A stretch of DNA of 32,000 nt from Methanothermobacter marburgensis str. Marburg (lineage in GTDB: Archaea; Methanobacteriota; Methanobacteria; Methanobacteriales; Methanothermobacteraceae). Positions 1-8,069 of the stretch are shown in pieces. Location of the stretch: positions 1,080,001 through 1,112,000 of the forward strand of contig NC_014408.1 in the NCBI RefSeq assembly GCF_000145295.1, written 5' to 3'. Every line of letters begins with the position of its first letter. Position 1 is the first letter of the stretch. The translations under genes and the position numbers were made by a program. The notes beneath the pieces are model-generated. The model had not been told where the DNA came from. It saw nothing but the letters and a program-made list of their open reading frames with translations, and ran no database searches.

Positions 1-12
1 GGAGAGATCACC

Positions 13-1668
13 ATGCCTGTTATAACGTTGGATTATGATGACCTGAAGGAACTGGGCATTGACATTGATAGAGAAAGGCTCATTGAAGTTCTGCCGATGA
101 TGGGGAGTGACATTGAGGACTTTGATGATGAGGGTATTAAGGTTGAATTCTTCCCCAACCGCCCTGACCTCCTCTCGGTTGAGGGTGTTGCAAGGAGCCT
201 CAGGGGATTTCTGGGGATTGAAACAGGCATGCCCAGTTATGATGTTCCTGAATCAGACATTGAGGTGACTGTTGATGAGTCTGTCCTCAATGTGAGGCCC
301 CACCTTGGAATGGCTGTCATTGAAAATGTGAGATTCACAGATAAGAAGCTTAAACAGGTCATGGAGTTTCAGGAGGACCTCCACTGGGTTATCGGGCGTG
401 ACCGGAAGAAGGTGGCCATTGGTATACATGACCTTGACCGTGTTGAGCCCCCCTTCGTCTACAGTGGAGTTGAACCTGAGGGTGTCACCTTCACCCCCCT
501 TGAGAGTGTATGTGAAATGACACCCCGGGAGATACTGGAGGAGCACCCCAAGGGTGTGGCCTACGCACATCTCCTGAGGGACCATGAACGTTATCCCCTC
601 ATAACCGATAAGAATGGAGATGTGCTCTCCCTCCCCCCCATAATAAACGGGGAACTCACCAAGTTAACCACAGAGACAGAGAGGATACTCGTTGATGTTA
701 CAGGGACCGATGAGAGGGCAGTTAACCAGGCCCTGAACATCATATGCACATCATTTGCAGAGTCTGGTGGTGTCATAAGGTCAGTAACGGTGAGGCGCCC
801 TGAATCTGAGTTAAGGCTCCCTGACCTCACACCAAAGGAGATGAGTGTCTCTGTATCAACAGCTTCACACATAACAGGCATTGAACTTGACGCTGCTGAG
901 ATCAAAGAACTCCTCATGAAGGCCCGTATGGATGCATCCATCGTCTCCCCTGACGAGGTCCTTGCGGTTATCCCGGCCTACAGGGTGGACATCCTCCACG
1001 AGGTTGACCTTGTGGAGAACATAGCAACCCAGTACTGCATAGGGAGGATCGAACCCCTTATCCCTGAAGTTGCAACCATTGCAGAGGAGGATAACTGGAA
1101 CAGGGCCGATAAATTCATAAGGGATGTTATGGTGGGTCTGGGCTTCCAGGAGGTGATGAGCCTCATGCTGACAAGTGAGGAGAGCCACTACCAGAAGATG
1201 CGACTCGAGGAGGATGAAAGGGTGCAGGTTGCCCAGCCGATTTCACAGGATCGGACCATGATCCGCAAGAGCCTCCTGAATGGTCTCCTTGAATTCCTTG
1301 AGGATAACAGGCATGAGGACCTCCCCCAGAGAATATTCGAGGTTGGGGACGTGGTATACATTGATCCTAAAGCCGAGACCCGTACACGTACCGTGAAGAA
1401 ACTGGCATGTGCAATCACCCACTCAAGCGCGGGTTTCACCGAGATCAAGTCAATTGCAGCTGCAGTGGTTGAGAACCTTGGATATGAGTTCAGAGTGGAA
1501 CCCCTCGACCACCCATCATTCATAAGGGGGAGGTGTGCGTCCATTGAATCTGAGGGTGAATCATCGAGAATAAGAGGGTTCTTCGGTGAGGTTCACCCCG
1601 AGGTTGTGACAAACTTCAACCTCGAGTACCCTGTCATTGCCCTTGAAATTGAATTTGAGGAGAAGTGA
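13..1668 (+). CDS. pheT: Phenylalanine--tRNA ligase beta subunit (archaeal type)
   Basis: 551-aa ORF with an N-terminus ([11 protein letters not shown]...[16 protein letters not shown]) typical of archaeal PheRS beta. The ATG at 13 is preceded by GGAGAGATCACC. Confidence 0.9.
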   Translation: MPVITLDYDDLKELGIDIDRERLIEVLPMMGSDIEDFDDEGIKVEFFPNRPDLLSVEGVARSLRGFLGIETGMPSYDVPESDIEVTVDESVLNVRPHLGMAVIENVRFTDKKLKQVMEFQEDLHWVIGRDRKKVAIGIHDLDRVEPPFVYSGVEPEGVTFTPLESVCEMTPREILEEHPKGVAYAHLLRDHERYPLITDKNGDVLSLPPIINGELTKLTTETERILVDVTGTDERAVNQALNIICTSFAESGGVIRSVTVRRPESELRLPDLTPKEMSVSVSTASHITGIELDAAEIKELLMKARMDASIVSPDEVLAVIPAYRVDILHEVDLVENIATQYCIGRIEPLIPEVATIAEEDNWNRADKFIRDVMVGLGFQEVMSLMLTSEESHYQKMRLEEDERVQVAQPISQDRTMIRKSLLNGLLEFLEDNRHEDLPQRIFEVGDVVYIDPKAETRTRTVKKLACAITHSSAGFTEIKSIAAAVVENLGYEFRVEPLDHPSFIRGRCASIESEGESSRIRGFFGEVHPEVVTNFNLEYPVIALEIEFEEK

Positions 1669-1719
1669 ATATCAACAAGCTAAATCCCGATCAGTGGGTG
1701 TTGTGATCCTCCAGTAGGG

Positions 1720-1761
1720 GGAAAAAATAAATAACTGGGTTAGGGTTTACACAGAAACCCT
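1720..1761 (-). terminator. Hairpin plus T-run terminator for the YjbQ-family gene
   Basis: AGGGTTT (1742-1748) and AAACCCT (1755-1761) form a 7-bp stem with a 6-nt loop. On the minus strand it is followed by TTATTTATTTTTT (complement of the A-run at 1722-1727). Confidence 0.5.
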
Positions 1762-1779
1762 GCCCCCAATAACCAACCT

Positions 1780-2193
1780 TCAGGGCTTACCAGCAACCGA
1801 AACCCTGATCTTCCTGTTTCTTGGTCCGTCAAGTTCAGCAAAGAATATGCTCTGCCATGTGCCCAGGTCCATCTTCCCGTTTACCACCGGAATAGTCTGG
1901 CTCCCACCAAGGAGCACGGCCCTCAGGTGGGAATCGGCATTGTTATCTATTACATTATGGCCATATGAACCACCTGAAGGCACCATACCTGAGAGCATTG
2001 ACTCTATGTCCCCCAAGAGCCGTGTCTCATTTTCATTTATGAATATCGCTGATGTGGAATGCCTTGAGAATACGTTCAGTATTCCCTCCTTTATTCCGGA
2101 TGACGCGAGGACCCCTGAAACCATGGAGGTTATATCAATGAGTTCAACCCGCATGGAGGTTCGCAGTGGAATCTCCTCTGTATAGAATTCCAT
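1780..2193 (-). CDS. YjbQ/UPF0047 family protein (secondary thiamine-phosphate synthase family)
   Basis: 137-aa ORF. The pattern ...STSAIFINENE...DSHLRAVLLGGSQTIPV...GTWQSIFFAELDGPR is characteristic of UPF0047. Confidence 0.8.
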   Translation of the reverse strand: MEFYTEEIPLRTSMRVELIDITSMVSGVLASSGIKEGILNVFSRHSTSAIFINENETRLLGDIESMLSGMVPSGGSYGHNVIDNNADSHLRAVLLGGSQTIPVVNGKMDLGTWQSIFFAELDGPRNRKIRVSVAGKP

Positions 2194-2220
2194 GGAAACA
2201 CCGGTTTTAGTTATGGCCCT

Positions 2221-2317
2221 ATATCAATAAAAGTTTTGGTGTGCGCCTCACCAGATCAGGGGTTTGTGGGGTTCCCCCAGAATCAGATATCAATAAAAGT
2301 TTTGGTGTGCGCCTCAC
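2221..2317. repeat. Two perfect copies of a 31-bp direct repeat (2221-2251, 2287-2317) separated by a 35-bp spacer
   Basis: ATATCAATAAAAGTTTTGGTGTGCGCCTCAC occurs twice with no mismatch by eye. On the minus strand each copy reads GTGAGGCGCACACCAAAACTTTTATTGATAT, with a TATA-like box. The proximal copy lies where the promoter of the gene starting at 2193 is expected. Confidence 0.85.
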
Positions 2318-2338
2318 AGTCAACCTTCATAAAAAAAG

Positions 2339-3469
2339 CTATTTGAGCACCCCCGAGAACAGACTGGTAAGCCTGTAGAGGAGGCTTTTATCCTGGTAGA
2401 AAGCCCTGTGTGGGCATACCTCCATGCAGCAGAGGCAGTTGATGCAGCTGGAGTAGTCAAACTCTGGTACCAGCGCCCCAGACTTCAGGGCGTCGGCAGG
2501 GCAGCTCTCAACACATACATTACAGTTCCTGCACCTTTCAGGGTCTATGGCCGGCCTTGACCACCAGAGTTTCATGAGCGCACGTGCAAGACCCGATGGA
2601 AGCAGATCAAGGGTGTAGTATATGTTGGAGGGCCACCTGAAGTCATCCACCACTTCAGCCCCGAATCCCAGAATCTCTATATCTGAAGGGTCAGGAGCAA
2701 GGTTCCTCCGCCGTGCAGCCTCATTCACAGGTACCCTGAACGGGTCCATCCCCAGGAGCAGGGGTATGTAAACGTCAAGTGCCAGTGCATCCTCTGATGC
2801 CAGAAGAAGCCCAAGGTCTCTTGGATCCCCTCCTGAGGGACCATTGCCCTCCATCCCCACAACCCCATCCACCACTGTGAGTGCAGGATTTACAAGCAGG
2901 TAGATCTCGAGGAGCTTCTCAGCAAACTCAGATGGCCCCGGGTGTTCCCTGTGATAATCCGCCTTCCTGAAGCCTGGTACAGCACCGTACATGTTCTTTA
3001 CAGCACAGGTGAAGATGGTCATGGAGTGGGTCTTGAGCTTGGGGAGGTTGACAACGGTGTCACTATCCACAACCGGCCTTGAGATGGGGTAGCCCTCCCC
3101 TCCCATTATGTATGACCCAGATGCCTCAAAGTTTATGAGTTCAATATCAAGCCTCTCTGCCACGTCAAGTATCCCTGTGGCCCTCCAGAACTTCTCTATA
3201 TTCCTGAAGGATCCGCCTGGACTGTCCCCAACTCTGACCTCCGCCCCGGTGTCTATGAAGAGCTCTGCAACCGCCTCGATAACCGCTGGATGTGTTGTGA
3301 CGTGTCTTTCAGGAGGGGCCGCCATGAGCATGTTGGGTTTCAGAAGGACCCTGTCACCGGGTGATGCGAATTTTTTAACACCCCCAAGGTGATCCAGGCA
3401 CTCCCTAACACCATCCCTGACCTCTTCAGGGTCATAGGACTGGCAGTGAGTTACTGATACTGATGGCAT
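2339..3469 (-). CDS. DUF362 domain protein with C-terminal 2x[4Fe-4S] ferredoxin domain
   Basis: Two CxxCxxCxxxCP motifs (CRNCNVCVESCP, CINCLCCMEVCP) lie at the C-terminus. The N-terminus MPSVSVTHCQSYDPEEV matches the usual DUF362 start, so I prefer the ATG at 3469 over the longest-ORF start at 3514, which overlaps mch. The 34-nt gap to mch contains a T6 run and a TTTAATTTATTT TATA-like stretch on the minus strand. Confidence 0.75.
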   Translation of the reverse strand: MPSVSVTHCQSYDPEEVRDGVRECLDHLGGVKKFASPGDRVLLKPNMLMAAPPERHVTTHPAVIEAVAELFIDTGAEVRVGDSPGGSFRNIEKFWRATGILDVAERLDIELINFEASGSYIMGGEGYPISRPVVDSDTVVNLPKLKTHSMTIFTCAVKNMYGAVPGFRKADYHREHPGPSEFAEKLLEIYLLVNPALTVVDGVVGMEGNGPSGGDPRDLGLLLASEDALALDVYIPLLLGMDPFRVPVNEAARRRNLAPDPSDIEILGFGAEVVDDFRWPSNIYYTLDLLPSGLARALMKLWWSRPAIDPERCRNCNVCVESCPADALKSGALVPEFDYSSCINCLCCMEVCPHRAFYQDKSLLYRLTSLFSGVLK

Positions 3470-3503
3470 GAACTGCTGCTCCAGAAAAAAGTTAAGAAAT
3501 AAA

Positions 3504-4466
3504 TTAAAGTCCAAAGGACTTCATCAGGAGTTCTTCATTGACGAAACCTGCCCTGAAGACCTCACCGGTTCTGAGGTCATTTATGACGACCTCTGCTGGT
3601 GCGAACATACCCTTGTCTATCTTGTAGAAGTCGTAGTCAGCCTCCTTGAATACGTCATAGAATGGTTTACCGTAGCCCTCAGAGGCTGATGATGGCAGGT
3701 TCTCTGCAAGGGATTTTATGTCGTCGCCCTCCTCTGATTCTATGTAGTAGTAGGTCCTGCCTCCAAAGAGGACGGCGTCATTGGTTTTACCCATTGCCTT
3801 CAGGCTATCAGGGTCCACGGGGGCTATTGGGGCTATACCTGCGGCGTATTTGACCTTGTTAACATCAAAGTGGAGTGCCTCAAGCATCTTGTAGGTACCG
3901 TTCTCCACCACACGACCTGAGATCTGTATTGAACCCACAAGGGATGATGTTGGGGCCACGAGTACGTAAACATTCTCCGGTGAAACATCACATTCCTCTG
4001 CAATCTTGTCTGTGACGTCCTCCCCTGGAAGTTTATCTGCTTCAAGGGTGAGAACTGCAATGTCAGCCTCATCCTGGTAGCCTATTTCCTCATAGGTCTC
4101 TGCCGGCTTAAGTGCAAGTGCCCTTGCAGGTCCTGACCCAAGGGCAAAGAAGTCACCAACACTGACTGACCAGCCTGCCTTCTGGGCACCCAGTGTTGAG
4201 ATGGCCGGGAAGTCTGTCTTTATCTTGACTGAGGGCAGGGCGAACCTCTCTGACAGGTCACCGGGTATTGATATGCCCACATCTGCAAGGCCTCCAAGGC
4301 ACACCGCGGTGTAGAGTTCACCTGCCTTTATGCTACCATCAACGTTAACACCACAATCTATGACTGTTGATCCATTTTCAAGTTTATCAACGCTTATTTT
4401 AAGGTCATCTGCACCTTCAATCATCCGGTCAACTATCTTTTTTGCCTCAATGTTCACACTAACCAT
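3504..4466 (-). CDS. mch: Methenyltetrahydromethanopterin cyclohydrolase
   Basis: 320-aa ORF recognisable full-length as Mch (MVSVNIEAKKIVDRM...VIDCGVN...). The SD GAGGTGAT lies 5 nt upstream of the ATG at 4466. Confidence 0.93.
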   Translation of the reverse strand: MVSVNIEAKKIVDRMIEGADDLKISVDKLENGSTVIDCGVNVDGSIKAGELYTAVCLGGLADVGISIPGDLSERFALPSVKIKTDFPAISTLGAQKAGWSVSVGDFFALGSGPARALALKPAETYEEIGYQDEADIAVLTLEADKLPGEDVTDKIAEECDVSPENVYVLVAPTSSLVGSIQISGRVVENGTYKMLEALHFDVNKVKYAAGIAPIAPVDPDSLKAMGKTNDAVLFGGRTYYYIESEEGDDIKSLAENLPSSASEGYGKPFYDVFKEADYDFYKIDKGMFAPAEVVINDLRTGEVFRAGFVNEELLMKSFGL

Positions 4467-5130
4467 TTTTAATCACCTCTTTTGCTTCTTTGAAGTTAAC
4501 CTCATATATATGAGCGCTAATGGAGTGGATGGTTATATGTCCCACCTCAACCCCCACCTCCGATGCAACGTGATCTGCAAGGTAGGCGAGGCCAACGGCG
4601 TTGGGGAACCATGCCCCGTAAATGTCGTGGCTGCGCCAGAGTGCTGTGGTGAAGAGCCTCCCCTCCCTCACTTTGAAGTCCACAAGGATCATGCACGGGA
4701 CCTCATCACTTTCAGTATCTATTTTAGGGTCCCATGTGACCATGGTGGCCCTCCTGGACTCTTTACAGTTTTTCAGTCTCTCTATAGCCCTATCCACCTG
4801 GTCCACACCGAAGTGTGCCCTTAGACGGTTACCATAGGTGTATACGAATCCCTTCCTGTCATCTGAGAGGAACTGTTCTGAGTACTTCTCAAGTTTCTCC
4901 CCGCTCCAGAAGTACCCCTCAGGAACCCTTATATTGATGAGTGATCTGGCCGGGAGGTGGTAGAAGTCTCCTGACCTGCCTAGGGGGTTTTTTATTGTCA
5001 CAACCGTGTTCATGACCTCCCTTGTGAGGGACCCCCTTTCATCCCTTATCTCTCTCCCATCACTCATTATCTTCTCAACCAGTTTAAGCCAGCCCTCTGC
5101 AATTTCATCGACGCTTATCTCATAGGCCAT
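4459..5130 (-). CDS. thyA: Thymidylate synthase, ThyA family (short archaeal form)
   Basis: ThyA motifs are present: YGNRLR, catalytic Cys in VPCMILVDFKV, and RSHDIYGAWFPN. Its stop overlaps the mch start by 8 nt. Confidence 0.8.
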   Translation of the reverse strand: MAYEISVDEIAEGWLKLVEKIMSDGREIRDERGSLTREVMNTVVTIKNPLGRSGDFYHLPARSLINIRVPEGYFWSGEKLEKYSEQFLSDDRKGFVYTYGNRLRAHFGVDQVDRAIERLKNCKESRRATMVTWDPKIDTESDEVPCMILVDFKVREGRLFTTALWRSHDIYGAWFPNAVGLAYLADHVASEVGVEVGHITIHSISAHIYEVNFKEAKEVIKNG

Positions 5131-5141
5131 CTTTGAACCCC

Positions 5142-6071
5142 CTAAAACTCTGATGCGGCCTTCACCATGTTTCTGAGTTTGGAGAATGCCGCCTCCCTTG
5201 GAAGTTTCCTCATTCCACAGTCAGGGTCTATGTAGAGGTTATCCTCCCCGGCTATATCAGCACCCCTTTCAATAAGGTTTTTTATGGTATCGGTGGACTC
5301 GACAACCTCAGTTGATGTGTCAACGCACCCGAATCCCAGTTTTTTATCACCCCTCCATTTCTCTGCCAGCACTTCAAGGTTTGATGGTCTTCCTGCAAAC
5401 TCAAGGTCCAGCATATCAACTGGGAATGTGAGGAGTTCCCCAATAACCCCGCTGATGTCACCGCATACATGGAGGGAGACATCCACATCGAGGGCCCCTG
5501 AAATGCGTTTAACAGCCCTTCTTGCTGTCCCCATATCCACCATACCCGTTGAGAGGAATGGTTCATCTATCTGTATCATGAGCGCCCCTGCATCCTGTAG
5601 GTGTTCGGCCTCAACCCTAAGGGCATCTGCCATATCCATAATTGCCCTTTCCCTCTTCTGGGGGCTGTAGAATCCCTCTATCTTTGAGGCGTGCGCCATG
5701 GTGGATGGTCCTGTGATTATCCCCTTAACACCCTTTGATTCATCATCTGTAAGTTTCCTGAGTATTTTAATCGCATATATCAGGTCATCTGATCCTATGG
5801 AGCCTGCAGGGGGTGTTATCCTTGAAAATATGATTGATACTCCATCCTTTACCATCATGCCGCCCATTGCCTCTGCAAAGTGGCCCACCATGTCCCCCCT
5901 CACCTGTCCATCTGAAATGATGTCAACGCCCGCCCTTACCTGGTCCCTCACGGCAGTCTCTATGGCGGGTCTGCAGGCATCATAGGACCCGATAAAACTT
6001 GAAATTCGCTCCCTTAATGTTTCAGGTTCCCGGGGGGTTGCGGGGTAGCTTCCAACCACCGTTGTGATCAC
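5142..6071 (-). CDS. metE: Short (core-type) cobalamin-independent methionine synthase MetE homologue
   Basis: The ORF covers only the MetE C-terminal catalytic-domain equivalent. Zn-ligand motifs are present (SLHVCGD, DPDCGM). I prefer the GTG at 6071 (MITTVVGSYP..., SD GGTGAT 3 nt upstream). The longest ORF starts at the TTG at 6101. Confidence 0.85.
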   Translation of the reverse strand: MITTVVGSYPATPREPETLRERISSFIGSYDACRPAIETAVRDQVRAGVDIISDGQVRGDMVGHFAEAMGGMMVKDGVSIIFSRITPPAGSIGSDDLIYAIKILRKLTDDESKGVKGIITGPSTMAHASKIEGFYSPQKRERAIMDMADALRVEAEHLQDAGALMIQIDEPFLSTGMVDMGTARRAVKRISGALDVDVSLHVCGDISGVIGELLTFPVDMLDLEFAGRPSNLEVLAEKWRGDKKLGFGCVDTSTEVVESTDTIKNLIERGADIAGEDNLYIDPDCGMRKLPREAAFSKLRNMVKAASEF

Positions 6072-6081
6072 TCTATCACCG

Positions 6082-6390
6082 TCAGTGCTCTGCAACTTCA
6101 ATTATTCTCTCTATTTCATCCTCATCCACGGGTATCTCTATGACAGCCGTTCCATAACAGGGCTTTGTGTAGGGTATCATCACGGTTGAGCGTTCCTTAT
6201 CTATACCAACAGGTACCGGGGGTATGCCTATTATCCTTGCACCCAGTATCTTCTCGCCGGGCCTTATGTGGACGACCCTCTTTGCCTTTTTCTCAATGAA
6301 TGCAGCACATTCCCTGAACCCTGAACGTGTCATGTGGATTTCATAGTCGTCGGACTGCTGCAGGTAGGTCTCTATGCAGAATGACATCAT
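6082..6390 (-). CDS. Small conserved hypothetical protein, methanogen-restricted (DUF1894-like, family name from memory)
   Basis: 102-aa ORF. Its ATG overlaps the stop of the upstream ORF (ATGA at 6387-6390) and its 3' end carries the SD of metE. It contains three Cys. No function is recognisable. Confidence 0.6.
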   Translation of the reverse strand: MMSFCIETYLQQSDDYEIHMTRSGFRECAAFIEKKAKRVVHIRPGEKILGARIIGIPPVPVGIDKERSTVMIPYTKPCYGTAVIEIPVDEDEIERIIEVAEH

Positions 6391-6839
6391 AGCTCCTCCA
6401 GGAATCTGTCTATCCTGACCCTCAGTGGGGCCGGGTTGTGGTGTGCCCTCGCAGCTATTACCTCGGCTTCTGTACCTTCCATAACAGCATCAACCAGTTT
6501 TTCAAGGGTGTCCGCATCCCTTTCAAATACTACCGCCAGTGTTTCTGTATTAAGTATTCCTGCAAAGGTTGCGAGGTACGCGGTGGCAGCATCATTGGGT
6601 ACAAAGCCTACAAGGAATTCGTAGTCCCCCTCAGAGAGCTCATTGAGGCAGGAGTCGAGGTCAGTGAGTTCACCCGTGTATACACCCTCTGGATCCGCAA
6701 CCTGTACAAGCCTTATTGCAGCGGGATTTGCTGTTAGGGTAACACTGAACCCCTTCTTCCTGAGTTTATGTGATGTGTAAATTGCCAGGGGAACCTGCAC
6801 CGGGGACTCCGGGCATCCGAGTATCATCAAAGCTTTCAT
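6387..6839 (-). CDS. Conserved hypothetical alpha/beta (flavodoxin/Rossmann-like) protein, methanogen-restricted (DUF1890-like, family name from memory)
   Basis: 150-aa ORF with an alternating beta-alpha pattern by eye (ALMILGC / SVTLTAN / EFLVGFV / LAVVFE / EVIAARA). A Cys follows the first strand (GCPESP). The SD GGGAGTG lies upstream of the ATG at 6839. Confidence 0.6.
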   Translation of the reverse strand: MKALMILGCPESPVQVPLAIYTSHKLRKKGFSVTLTANPAAIRLVQVADPEGVYTGELTDLDSCLNELSEGDYEFLVGFVPNDAATAYLATFAGILNTETLAVVFERDADTLEKLVDAVMEGTEAEVIAARAHHNPAPLRVRIDRFLEEL

Positions 6840-6864
6840 ATATATACACTCCCTGAATACTGAA

Positions 6865-7941
6865 TTATTCCTTCACTCCAAATGAAGTGGCGAATATGAG
6901 TGAGCTAAGAAATATGAATGTCATGAGCGCTGTTCCGTTTATTGTCCTGTTTATTATGAAGAGTCCTATGAGGGCCTGGGACATGAAGGCTGCAAGTGCG
7001 CCTGTGAGGAGGACCTCCCTTCCAAGGTACGTTTTTGAGCCATTTTCCCTCATATCCCGGTACATGTAGAGCATCCTGAGGCCCATGATAATGATGCCCA
7101 CACACCAGATTAAAAGGAAGACCATTGTAATGTAACCAAAGTCGTATGCCCATCCAAATATTCCCGGCACCATGTAATCTATTACATCCTTCTTGTTGAC
7201 CAGTATGCCATAGAAGACCGGGAAGGGGAGGCCAAAGAAGAGTATCAGCTGGAGTGGCAGTGAAATATAGCCGTCTGCAAATCCACTTGAGAGTTCACCC
7301 CAGTAGGATGACATGGGGTTATGTCCAAGGAGGGTGGTGTTCTTGAGTACAAGTTTGAGGCTTGGCAGTGAAAAGGTTTCAAGCCTCTCTATACGGAGGA
7401 GGGGGCTTAAAACAGGCATCTGAAGTATTCTTGAGAGTAACTCCAGGCCCCCGAATCCTGCGACCGCGATGAAAGCGAAGCCAAGAACCCTCTTAACTGT
7501 TATGATGGATTTCTGCCTCATTGACTTAGAGATCAGGAAGAAACCTATCAGCAGCCCAAGGAGCCACAGGAGAAGGAATGACCTGTGCATGAGACCCCCA
7601 AAAACGGTTATGCCCGCCATGAGGATATAAACAAATCCCCTGAGTCCCCCCACCTCAACCCCTGAGTCCTCCATGATTGCAAGGGCTGCAAGGGATGATA
7701 TGGTAACAAGAAGTGCTATGGGGCCAAATGGGTGCGTGAATTCACTCTGCCCAAAGGACATGAAGAGTGCCACAACATCAAGGCCAAATATTATATTGAA
7801 TCCTATCCCCAGCACCAGGCAGAGGAACAGTATCATGCTGAGGGAAAGGGGCGCCAGGTTCAGCAGGAATATCATGGCAGCATACATGAGGATGCCGACC
7901 TCTACTATGAACTGAAGGTGATTCTGTGCTATGAGGGCCAA
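6865..7941 (-). CDS. Polytopic integral membrane protein, function unknown
   Basis: 358-aa ORF that is hydrophobic throughout, with roughly 9-10 predicted helices by eye. The TTG start at 7941 has a strong SD (GGAGGAT, 4-nt spacer). Confidence 0.7.
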   Translation of the reverse strand: MALIAQNHLQFIVEVGILMYAAMIFLLNLAPLSLSMILFLCLVLGIGFNIIFGLDVVALFMSFGQSEFTHPFGPIALLVTISSLAALAIMEDSGVEVGGLRGFVYILMAGITVFGGLMHRSFLLLWLLGLLIGFFLISKSMRQKSIITVKRVLGFAFIAVAGFGGLELLSRILQMPVLSPLLRIERLETFSLPSLKLVLKNTTLLGHNPMSSYWGELSSGFADGYISLPLQLILFFGLPFPVFYGILVNKKDVIDYMVPGIFGWAYDFGYITMVFLLIWCVGIIIMGLRMLYMYRDMRENGSKTYLGREVLLTGALAAFMSQALIGLFIINRTINGTALMTFIFLSSLIFATSFGVKE

Positions 7942-8000
7942 TTTAATCCTCCAGAAATTTATCAGATTATCAGATACATCCTTATATTGGGGGCCATCTT

Positions 8001-8059
8001 AAAAAGTTTTTCCGGACCCCAAGCACCCGTTGGGGATAGCAGGGATGCATCCCCATGGG
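8001..8059 (-). terminator. Palindrome/hairpin cluster plus T5 run downstream of the GNAT gene
   Basis: CCCCAA(8017-8022)/TTGGGG(8030-8035) form a hairpin. GGGATGCATCCC (8042-8053) and CCCATGGG (8052-8059) are perfect palindromes. The A5 run at 8001-8005 is T5 on the minus strand. Confidence 0.4.
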
Positions 8060-8069
8060 TCTTTTAGCG

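Noticed and set aside
2243-2262. TPP-riboswitch-like decamer (minus strand CCUGAUCUGG, preceded by ACCCC) upstream of a gene from the secondary thiamine-phosphate synthase family
   Set aside because: Only this 10-nt stretch matches the riboswitch core as I remember it. The CUGAGA element, the P3 stem and the GCCAGCG strand that must pair with CUGG are all absent, so a functional TPP aptamer cannot be folded. It is probably coincidence.
2221-2317. Mini-CRISPR interpretation of the 31-bp repeat / 35-bp spacer / 31-bp repeat
   Set aside because: There are only two repeats, no cas genes and no leader in the window. The repeat contains a TATA-like box at exactly the expected promoter position. 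The spacer ends are themselves repeated (CAGATCAG/CAGAATCAG). A duplicated promoter region is the more economical reading.
3470-3514. N-terminal extension MDFNLFLNFFLEQQF of the DUF362 ORF overlapping the mch stop
   Set aside because: The extension is AT-rich, covers a T6 terminator-like run, and is not part of the usual family N-terminus. The ATG at 3469 gives the canonical start.
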